A stretch of 60,325 bases of DNA, the filler included. It is 3 parts of 3 records of this genome, joined end to end, with 100 filler letters (N's around TTAATTAATTAA, not from the genome) between each part and the next. Parts side by side here need not be neighbours in the genome. Positions count along the whole stretch, not along the records: positions 44,160 to 60,325 come from DRR378314_1557; 2 more parts are not named here. The stretch is one strand, 5' to 3'. Both the position numbers and the translations under genes were made by a program. Shown here one piece after another: positions 53,131 through 60,325 of the stretch. The notes beneath the pieces are model-generated. The model saw nothing but the letters and a program-made list of their open reading frames with translations. It was not told the origin of the DNA and did not search any database. Positions within the stretch are counted from its first letter, which is position 1. Each line of letters begins with the position of its first letter.

Positions 53131-54105
53131 ATGAAATTTCTCAGACTTGCCGCATTCATGGCCGCAACCCCCTTTGCGGCATTTTCCGATCCCCTGCCCA
53201 GTTGGACAGACTCGGCCTCAAAACAACAGATCATTGAATTTGTCGATGCCGTGACAAACTCGTCGGGAGAAAGCTATGTCACGCCTGCCGATCGGATTGC
53301 CGTGTTTGACAATGACGGCACTCTTTGGGCTGAACAGCCCGTCTATTTACAATTTATCTTTGCCATGGACCGGCTGACCACGCTTGCCGAACAAGATCCA
53401 TCAATCCTTTCAACTCCTGCACTGAAGGCCGCGGCAGAGGGCGATTTACAAACCATACTGCAGGGCGGGCATGAGGCACTGATTGAGGTGGTAAATGCGT
53501 CGCATTCAGGCAGCAGCGTCGAGGAATTCCAAGATGCAGTGGCCACGTGGCTGGAAACGTCGCGACATCCAGAAACCAATCTGCCCTACGACCAGATGAC
53601 CTATCAACCGATGGTCGAACTGTTGCGCTATCTACGGGACGAGGATTTCAAAACCTATATCGTCTCGGGCGGGGGGCTGCATTTCATGCGTGTTTTTGCG
53701 GAAGACGCATATGGTATTCCACCTGAACAAGTTTTGGGCACCTATGGCGAGACGACCTATGACCTCTCTGACGGCGTGCCTGTAATCAACAAGGCCCCCG
53801 GCATCGCCTTTATCGACGATAAGGAAGGTAAACCGATCAACATCGAACGTACCATCGGAAAGCGCCCCATTTTTGCCGGAGGAAACTCGGACGGGGATTT
53901 TGCGATGCTTGAATGGACCACAGCGGGCGACGGACCACGGATGGGCATTCTGATCCATCATACGGATGCAAATCGCGAATGGGCGTATGATCGAGAAAGC
54001 CCGATAGGGCGGTTGGTCGATGGTCTGGACAAAGGACCCGATATGGGCTGGGTCATCGTTGATATGGCCAACGACTGGTCACGCATCTACACTGGGGCAA
54101 ACTAA
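53131..54105 (+). CDS. Exported HAD-family phosphatase (sulfatase-associated type)
   Basis: Signal peptide, PLPSW, FDNDGTLWAEQP, IVSGGG, GNSDGD and HHTD..REWAYD. Confidence 0.9.
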   Translation: MKFLRLAAFMAATPFAAFSDPLPSWTDSASKQQIIEFVDAVTNSSGESYVTPADRIAVFDNDGTLWAEQPVYLQFIFAMDRLTTLAEQDPSILSTPALKAAAEGDLQTILQGGHEALIEVVNASHSGSSVEEFQDAVATWLETSRHPETNLPYDQMTYQPMVELLRYLRDEDFKTYIVSGGGLHFMRVFAEDAYGIPPEQVLGTYGETTYDLSDGVPVINKAPGIAFIDDKEGKPINIERTIGKRPIFAGGNSDGDFAMLEWTTAGDGPRMGILIHHTDANREWAYDRESPIGRLVDGLDKGPDMGWVIVDMANDWSRIYTGAN

Positions 54106-54128
54106 GCAACCCGGATCACTGCGCGCCC

Positions 54129-55541
54129 ATGTGGACATTGCTCGTCTCGTTTTTTCTGTTTGGTCTCTATTGCGTAGCGGTCTTCTTCTCTGTTCGCGCG
54201 GCGCAGACTGCGCGCACGCCACAAGGTGCGGTAGGTTGGGTCGTGTTCCTTTTGACCGCGCCCGTGTTTGGCGTACCGCTCTATCTGTTTCTTGGGCACC
54301 ATCGCTTTAAGGGTTACCGCATTGCGCGGCAGGAAAGTGAACGCGTGGTCGAGGGGATTAAGACCTTTGCGGATTTCTCGAAACCTGATCCAAAGACGAT
54401 GCGGATCAATCCCCGACCGTTCGAGGCACTGGCCCATTTGCCAGTGTCACGCGGGAACGGTGCCGAGTTGCTGATCGACGGGAATGCCACGTTCGAAGCC
54501 ATTCTTGACGCCATTGATGAGGCGAAAAACTATGTCCTGATCCAGTTTTACATCGTCAGGGATGATGATCTTGGCCGCAAGGTTCAGGAACGGCTGATTG
54601 CGGCTGTAAATCGTGGCGTACATGTTCGGTTCATGACCGATGCTGTGGGTAGCTATGGCCTGCCCTCAAGCTATCTGGATACTCTGCGCGAGGCCGGTGT
54701 CGACGTGGCCGATCCACGCGAACAGCGTGGACCCAATTTTCGCTTTCAGCTGAATTATCGCAATCACCGAAAGACCGTGATTGTGGATGGCGAGACCGGT
54801 TTTATCGGTGGCCACAACATCGGGGTCGAGTATCTGGGGCAGAGCCCTCGTTTCGGCCGCTGGCGTGATACGCATATCAAAATGACCGGTCATGTCGTTC
54901 GGCAATTACAACTGATTTTTTCCGAAGATTGGCACTGGGCCCGCAACGAAGACCTGATTGATCAGCTCGATTGGGCCGGCAGTGAATCTGATCAGGATAT
55001 GAACGCCTTGCTAGTAGCAACTGGTCCGGGCGACGACACTGAAACGGGAGCGATGATGTTCTTTTCGGCCATTGCCGAGGCCAAGGAGCGGCTGTGGATC
55101 GCATCACCCTATTTTGTGCCCGATATCGACATCATGACCGCGTTGCAGCACGCGGCATTGCGTGGTGTGGATGTGCGCATACTTGTGCCGGATGTCATCG
55201 ACCACCGTCTGCCTTGGTTGGCTGCCTTTGCATATTTCGATGAAATCCGCGACTGCGGTGCCCGCGTGTTTCGTTATACGGATGGCTTCATGCATCAGAA
55301 GGTGTTTGTCGTCGATGACACACTGGCCGCGGTCGGCACCACAAATCTGGATAACCGATCCTTTCGCCTGAACTTTGAAGCGATGGCTCTGTTCTTTGAT
55401 TCCCGCGCAGCTGAAGCGGCAGCCACAATGCTAGAGACCGATCTCGCCGCAAGTTATGAGTTGATGCGCGCCCTGCCCCAGCAACCGTTCCATATCCGAT
55501 TTGGCGCGCCGCTCGCACGACTGTTTGCACCAATCCTCTAG
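54129..55541 (+). CDS. cls: Cardiolipin synthase
   Basis: Two N-terminal TM helices. PLD motifs NHRKTVIVDG and MHQKVFVVDD; NLDNRSFRLNFE. Confidence 0.93.
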   Translation: MWTLLVSFFLFGLYCVAVFFSVRAAQTARTPQGAVGWVVFLLTAPVFGVPLYLFLGHHRFKGYRIARQESERVVEGIKTFADFSKPDPKTMRINPRPFEALAHLPVSRGNGAELLIDGNATFEAILDAIDEAKNYVLIQFYIVRDDDLGRKVQERLIAAVNRGVHVRFMTDAVGSYGLPSSYLDTLREAGVDVADPREQRGPNFRFQLNYRNHRKTVIVDGETGFIGGHNIGVEYLGQSPRFGRWRDTHIKMTGHVVRQLQLIFSEDWHWARNEDLIDQLDWAGSESDQDMNALLVATGPGDDTETGAMMFFSAIAEAKERLWIASPYFVPDIDIMTALQHAALRGVDVRILVPDVIDHRLPWLAAFAYFDEIRDCGARVFRYTDGFMHQKVFVVDDTLAAVGTTNLDNRSFRLNFEAMALFFDSRAAEAAATMLETDLAASYELMRALPQQPFHIRFGAPLARLFAPIL

Positions 55542-55972
55542 TTCAGAAATCGCTCTTGAAACACTCGCGTCATGAGGGCCACCAGGAATGCGGTAGACAG
55601 CCCAAAGGACAACAGACCAGTGACCGACGCAAATGCACCAAATATGCGCAAACCTTCACCCAACACGATGTCGCCGTAGCCCAATGTCGTGAAGGTCACC
55701 AACGAGAAGTAAAGGGCCGAGTTCCAATCTGGCAGCACATCCCCCCACACCCAGACGATCGCCCAGATCCAGACCTGAACCGTATGGGTCAGAACGATAA
55801 ACATAAGCGCCACGCTGATCGGGCCCGCAGTCGCGAGGATAGTGCTGCGTGTTTCCCAATTCGCGACCAGCTTGCGAATGACCAGAACGCACCATGTCAG
55901 CAGCATGATTTCGATCAGAAAACAAATGCCAAGATAGAAGCTGCCCCAAATGATCTGTTGCGACAATGTCAT
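55538..55972 (-). CDS. Small potassium-channel-family (Ion_trans_2) protein
   Basis: ALYFSLVTFTTLGYGDI selectivity filter flanked by TM helices. Confidence 0.88.
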   Translation of the reverse strand: MTLSQQIIWGSFYLGICFLIEIMLLTWCVLVIRKLVANWETRSTILATAGPISVALMFIVLTHTVQVWIWAIVWVWGDVLPDWNSALYFSLVTFTTLGYGDIVLGEGLRIFGAFASVTGLLSFGLSTAFLVALMTRVFQERFLN

Positions 55973-56130
55973 GAAAACGGCCTTTACTCTGATCACGGCC
56001 AGCATGGGGCTTTCGCGCGCTCTGGACAACCCCGCGCCCAAGTGGACGGCTGCGGCGAATAGAACCAATCTCTGCTCTGGACACTGGCGTGCTGCGTTGC
56101 ACATTGTGACGGAGCCAGTTGAGAGGTCGC

Positions 56131-56778
56131 ATGCTGCTATCGATTGATCACGTTCGAAAATCCTATCCCGGCGGGCGGCCTGTCCTAAATGACGTGTCGC
56201 TGGCTTTGAAACAGGGCCAGACCTTGGCGCTGACCGGTGAAAGCGGCAGTGGCAAAAGCACGCTGCTGCACCTTGTGGCAGCTTTGGACGGTTTCGACGG
56301 CGGCGAGATCACGCTGGACGGAAGCCCCATGTCCCGGTTGAACGATGTTGAGCGGGCAGCATTGCGCCGTAGCACACTGTCGTTGGTCTTTCAGCAATTC
56401 AACTTGATCCCGTCGCTAACCGTTGATCAGAATCTTTCAATCCACGCGCGACTTGCAGGGCGGGAAGATCCGGAATGGACTGCACACCTGACTGAGCGTC
56501 TAGGCCTGTCCGATCTAATAGACCGCTACCCCGAAAGCCTTTCGGGCGGCCAGCAGCAGCGGGTGGCCATTGGGCGCGCCATGGCAATCCGGCCTCGATT
56601 ATTGTTGGCGGATGAACCCACAGGCAATCTGGATGAAACGGCCAGCGCGGTGGTGCTGGACCTGATGCTCTCTTTGGTTGCTGACACCGGTGCCGCGCTC
56701 TTGCTGGTCACCCACTCGATTGAAATTGCCGCCCGACTTGATCACCGGGCGCACCTGACGGGTGGGCGCATTGAATGA
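56131..56778 (+). CDS. ABC ATPase (LolD/MacB-like)
   Basis: Motifs GESGSGKST, VFQQFNL, LSGGQQQRVA, ADEPTGNLD and VTH. Confidence 0.92.
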   Translation: MLLSIDHVRKSYPGGRPVLNDVSLALKQGQTLALTGESGSGKSTLLHLVAALDGFDGGEITLDGSPMSRLNDVERAALRRSTLSLVFQQFNLIPSLTVDQNLSIHARLAGREDPEWTAHLTERLGLSDLIDRYPESLSGGQQQRVAIGRAMAIRPRLLLADEPTGNLDETASAVVLDLMLSLVADTGAALLLVTHSIEIAARLDHRAHLTGGRIE

Positions 56779-59189
56779 ACCGTCCTGCGGTCCATGCGCT
56801 ACTGTCGCATTGGCGAGCGCACCCTTTGCAATTGATGACCCTTTTGACGGGTATCGCCTTGGCAACCTGTCTCTGGTCGGCCGTACAGGCCATCAACACC
56901 GAGGCCCGCGCCAGCTATGACCGCGCGAACGCCCAGCTTGCCATCGGACAATTCGACGAACTTCGCGCATCAGGTTCGCTGATCCCGTTGTCGCGCTATT
57001 CAGAACTCAGGCGCGCGGGCTGGCAGGTGGCCGCCATCCTAGAAGGCAGGTTGCGTGCAGATGGCCGTTCGGTGCGCCTGATGGGGGTGGACATGGTCGC
57101 CTATCCCGCCCTGCCCGCCATCTCACAGATCGAGCAAAGCGCGGATGCCCCAAACCCGGCTGATATGCTGACAGCGCCGGGGCGGTTACTGATGTCGCCC
57201 AAGCTTGCGCCGCTGTTTCAATCGGCAGACGGATTTCCACCGGTTATCACCAGCACAGCGCTGCCGCCTGATCTGGTGCTGACCGATATCGGCGTGGCCG
57301 AGAATCTGTTGAACCAACCCGGTCAGATTTCCCGGCTGGTCATCCTGCCGGATCAGCCCCGTGGCGTTCCGCCCCTTTCAGAAATCGCGCCAGACCTTCA
57401 ACGCATCACACCGTCAACGCAGCTGGATACCGCGCAGCTCACCGATAGTTTTCACTTGAACCTATCAGCCTTCGGCCTGCTCTCGTTCGCGGTTGGTCTG
57501 TTCATCGTTCACGGCACCGTAGGCCTCGCCTTTGCGCAAAGGCGCGGCACCATCCGCACGCTACGTGCGTTGGGTCTGCCCATGCGAAACCTGATCTGGA
57601 TCGGCCTGAGTGAACTGCTGCTGTTGGCCCTGATCGGAGGTGTGTTCGGGCTTGTTCTGGGATATTTCCTTGCGGGCGCATTAATACCAGATGTAGCCGC
57701 CACCTTACGCGGTCTCTACGGCGCGCCGATAGATGGCCAAATGTCGTTGCGCCCGCGATGGGTTGCTGCAGGTCTTGCGATGGCAACGGGCGGCACACTG
57801 GCGGCCAGCGGGCACGCGCTTTGGCGGCTTTCGCGCATGCCCATCCTTGCCGGACCGGGATTACAAGCCTGGGGCGGAGGTAAAGCATCCGCTTTGATCA
57901 CAGGCATGTGCGGCCTTGCCCTGCTTGCTGCAGGTGCCATCGCATATTTTACTTTCGGCGGGTTGATCGCGGGATTTGCACTGCTCGCCGGAGTGTTGAC
58001 CGGGGCTGCATTGTTGCTGCCCCTTTTGCTGTCGGCTGTATTGGCGCTGCTTATTCAGCGGGCAAAAACTCCGGTTTCACAGTGGGTTCTGGCCGATATG
58101 CGCGCGCAATTGCCCGGTCTTTCGCTGGCGCTGATGGCCTTGCTGCTGGCACTAGCCGCAAATATCGGAGTAGGAACAATGGTTTCAAGCTTCCGCCTAA
58201 CCTTCACCGGCTGGCTGGATCAACGCCTGACTTCCGAGCTTTATGTGACCGCTGCGGATGATACACAAGCGGCAGACATAACCGAATGGCTGGCGCCACG
58301 GGTGTCAGCGATCCTCCCCATACGAAGCACTGAGTTGGCCCATGAAACCGGGCCTTTGTTTCTGTACGGGATCGTTGATCACGAAAGCTATCGTCTCAAT
58401 TGGCCCCTTATCGCTGAAGGGCCAGACGTTTGGGATAACGTCCTGAACCACGGTGCAGTCCTGATCAACGAACAACTTGCCCGTCGCGCGGATTTGTGGC
58501 CCGGAGACACCGTAGCGATCACACCCGAGCACACTTTGCCAATCGCAGGCGTCTATTCCGACTATGGAAACCCAACCGGTCAGGCGATCGTTTCTATGCC
58601 ACTGCTCGATCATATTGCCCCGAATACAGAAACACGCCGCTTTGGCGTCCGTGTCGCACCGGATCAGGCTTCGGATTTGGCGCAGAGTTTACGCGCCCAG
58701 TTTGAGATGCCTTCTTCGGCAGTGGTGCAACAAGCGGCCATGAAGGCGCGATCGATGGCCATCTTCGAGAAAACCTTCGTAATCACCGCGGCGCTGAACG
58801 TGCTGACCCTTGGTGTCGCGGGCTTTGCGATCCTGACCAGTTTGCTGACACTGTGGACTCAGCGCCTGCCCCAAGTTGCCCCGGTCTGGGCGTTGGGCCT
58901 GACCCGCGCGCAGCTTGCCCGGCTGGAGGTTTTGCGCAGCGTCCTGCTTGCCGCGTTAACTGCATGCCTGGCTCTGCCACTGGGATTGATCCTCGCCTGG
59001 GTATTGCTGACGATAATTAACGTGCAGGCATTCGGCTGGCGTCTGCCCATGCAGCTGTTCCCGGGTGATTGGCTTGCTCTGCTCCTTCTGACTTTGGTCG
59101 CCGCTGTTTTGGCGGCAGCCTTGCCCGCCCTGCGATTGCTCCGGTTGCCGCCTGCCGCTTTGTTGAGGGTTTTCGCCAATGAGAGTTAG
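56775..59189 (+). CDS. FtsX/MacB-type double-domain ABC permease
   Basis: LLSHWR..PLQ, SFHLNLSA, LRALG, MVSSFR.TF..WL.QRL and AFGW. Translationally coupled to the ATPase. Confidence 0.88.
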   Translation: MNRPAVHALLSHWRAHPLQLMTLLTGIALATCLWSAVQAINTEARASYDRANAQLAIGQFDELRASGSLIPLSRYSELRRAGWQVAAILEGRLRADGRSVRLMGVDMVAYPALPAISQIEQSADAPNPADMLTAPGRLLMSPKLAPLFQSADGFPPVITSTALPPDLVLTDIGVAENLLNQPGQISRLVILPDQPRGVPPLSEIAPDLQRITPSTQLDTAQLTDSFHLNLSAFGLLSFAVGLFIVHGTVGLAFAQRRGTIRTLRALGLPMRNLIWIGLSELLLLALIGGVFGLVLGYFLAGALIPDVAATLRGLYGAPIDGQMSLRPRWVAAGLAMATGGTLAASGHALWRLSRMPILAGPGLQAWGGGKASALITGMCGLALLAAGAIAYFTFGGLIAGFALLAGVLTGAALLLPLLLSAVLALLIQRAKTPVSQWVLADMRAQLPGLSLALMALLLALAANIGVGTMVSSFRLTFTGWLDQRLTSELYVTAADDTQAADITEWLAPRVSAILPIRSTELAHETGPLFLYGIVDHESYRLNWPLIAEGPDVWDNVLNHGAVLINEQLARRADLWPGDTVAITPEHTLPIAGVYSDYGNPTGQAIVSMPLLDHIAPNTETRRFGVRVAPDQASDLAQSLRAQFEMPSSAVVQQAAMKARSMAIFEKTFVITAALNVLTLGVAGFAILTSLLTLWTQRLPQVAPVWALGLTRAQLARLEVLRSVLLAALTACLALPLGLILAWVLLTIINVQAFGWRLPMQLFPGDWLALLLLTLVAAVLAAALPALRLLRLPPAALLRVFANES

Positions 59190-60213
59190 AGCATTCATCA
59201 TATTTGTCCTGCTCCCGATAACCAGCTGGGCGCAGGGCTATGCAGGGCTTGGTGGCAGCGCAGAAGGATTCACGCAACCTGTTCAGGGCTACAGCTTTCA
59301 GTTCCCCCTCGATCACGGACCGCATCCATCCTACCGAATCGAATGGTGGTATCTGACTGCAAACCTCAAAGATGCCGAGGGCCGCGACTATGGCATTCAG
59401 TGGACCTTGTTCCGATCCGCCCTGAAACCATCCGAAGCGGAGGGTTGGCAAAGCCCGCAGATTTGGATGGGGCACGCTGCGGTGACCACGCCGGAGAACC
59501 ATTATTTCGCGGAACGGTTATCCCGCGGCGGTATCAGACAAGCCGGTGTCACAGCAGATCCGTTCGAGGCCTGGATCGACGAGTGGCACATGCGCGGCGA
59601 CGATTTGAATACCCTGAACCTCACCGCCAATGGATCAGACTTTGGTTATGATCTCAAATTGGCGGCGCAGGGCCCCTTGGTGTTCCATGGCGATGCGGGA
59701 TACTCGGTGAAATCCGCAGATGGTCAGGCCAGTTACTATTACTCACAGCCATTCTTTGCGGTCGAAGGCATCCTGCACTTGCCTGACCAAGACGTCGAAG
59801 TCACCGGCAAAGGCTGGTTGGATCGTGAGTGGTCGTCGCAACCGCTTGCCCAAGATCAAAGCGGCTGGGACTGGTTCTCGCTCAGCTTTGATAGCGGCGA
59901 CAAACTGATGGCATTCCGGTTGCGCGGAGATCGTGGGGATTTCACCGCCGCGACGTGGATTGATTCGAACGGGCAAACCATGCCCCTGCCCGATGGTTCT
60001 GTTATGTTAGATCCACTTGAATCCACCCGGGTGGCACAACGTGATGTTCCAACCCGATGGCGTGTTTCATTGCTGGATCATAACGTCGATGTCGAAGTAT
60101 CTGCCCTGACACCCAAGGCCTGGATGGGGACTCGATTCGAATACTGGGAAGGCCCAGTTACCGTCTCAGGCAGCCATGCAGGACGCGGGTATCTTGAGAT
60201 GACCGGATACTGA
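59179..60213 (+). CDS. AttH/CrtC-like lipocalin-fold exported protein
   Basis: Motifs FP.DHGPHP.YRIEWWYLTANL, SYYYSQP, WLDREWSSQ, GWDWF, YWEGP and GYLEMTGY. Confidence 0.9.
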   Translation: MRVRAFIIFVLLPITSWAQGYAGLGGSAEGFTQPVQGYSFQFPLDHGPHPSYRIEWWYLTANLKDAEGRDYGIQWTLFRSALKPSEAEGWQSPQIWMGHAAVTTPENHYFAERLSRGGIRQAGVTADPFEAWIDEWHMRGDDLNTLNLTANGSDFGYDLKLAAQGPLVFHGDAGYSVKSADGQASYYYSQPFFAVEGILHLPDQDVEVTGKGWLDREWSSQPLAQDQSGWDWFSLSFDSGDKLMAFRLRGDRGDFTAATWIDSNGQTMPLPDGSVMLDPLESTRVAQRDVPTRWRVSLLDHNVDVEVSALTPKAWMGTRFEYWEGPVTVSGSHAGRGYLEMTGY

Positions 60214-60255
60214 ACCCAGCTAATTGGTGTGAGCAAACATAATTGTCAAAAAGAA

Positions 60256-60291
60256 AAAACAGAGAGCAGGTTCCCCTAACCCTCTGTTTTT
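60256..60291. terminator. Probable bidirectional terminator between the attH-like gene and the tRNA
   Basis: AAAAACAGAG...CTCTGTTTTT inverted repeat between convergent units. Confidence 0.6.
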
Positions 60292-60295
60292 ACTT

Positions 60296-60325
60296 TGGTA
60301 CCCAAGGCCGGACTCGAACCGGCAC
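60296..60325 (-). tRNA. 3' end of a tRNA, probably tRNA-Leu, truncated by the window end
   Basis: Minus strand GTGCCGGTTCGAGTCCGGCCTTGGGTACCA shows a T-arm (CCGG-TTCGAGT-CCGG), acceptor strand, discriminator A and CCA. The anticodon is not in the window. Confidence 0.85.

Noticed and set aside
60296-60325. tRNA 3' end as the att site of a genomic island
   Set aside because: I saw no integrase and no second copy of the tRNA 3' sequence in the contig. It is simply cut by the window end.

Overview
This window is a concatenation of three unrelated contigs joined by 100-nt N spacers carrying an all-frame stop linker (TTAATTAATTAA at 17415-17426 and 44104-44115). Contig 1 (1-17370) is an intron-rich, probably flagellated eukaryote. 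It carries a STOML2-like gene (3' part), a large low-complexity protein with a possible AF4/FMR2-type C-terminal domain, an ARL16-like GTPase, an unknown membrane protein, centrin and the 3' half of DHX37. Contig 2 (17471-44059) is a Marinobacter-like gammaproteobacterium. It carries PCuAC, PhoD, GT90, DUF533, YaiI, a CANT1-type apyrase, an ABC exporter, fhuCDB, a PQQ sugar dehydrogenase, aldo-keto reductases, dacB, DUF4398/OmpA, DUF4397, DUF6279 and an SDR/phosphatase/APH-kinase cluster. Contig 3 (44160-60325) is a Rhodobacteraceae (Ruegeria-like) segment with ppx, rlmE, an octaheme cytochrome-YihY-AI-2E-Crp-sulfatase-HAD-cls-K+ channel block, an ABC/FtsX/AttH module and the 3' end of a tRNA. 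The best leads are: (1) an unannotated 31-aa membrane peptide with its own RBS and a sigma70 promoter overlapped by a strong Fur box; (2) a signal-less bacterial homolog of eukaryotic Ca2+-activated nucleotidase; (3) an array of 11-8-11 palindromes spaced ~107 bp at the edge of contig 2; (4) the sulfatase/octaheme cytochrome block. All family and taxon calls come from motif recognition by eye; no database search was run.
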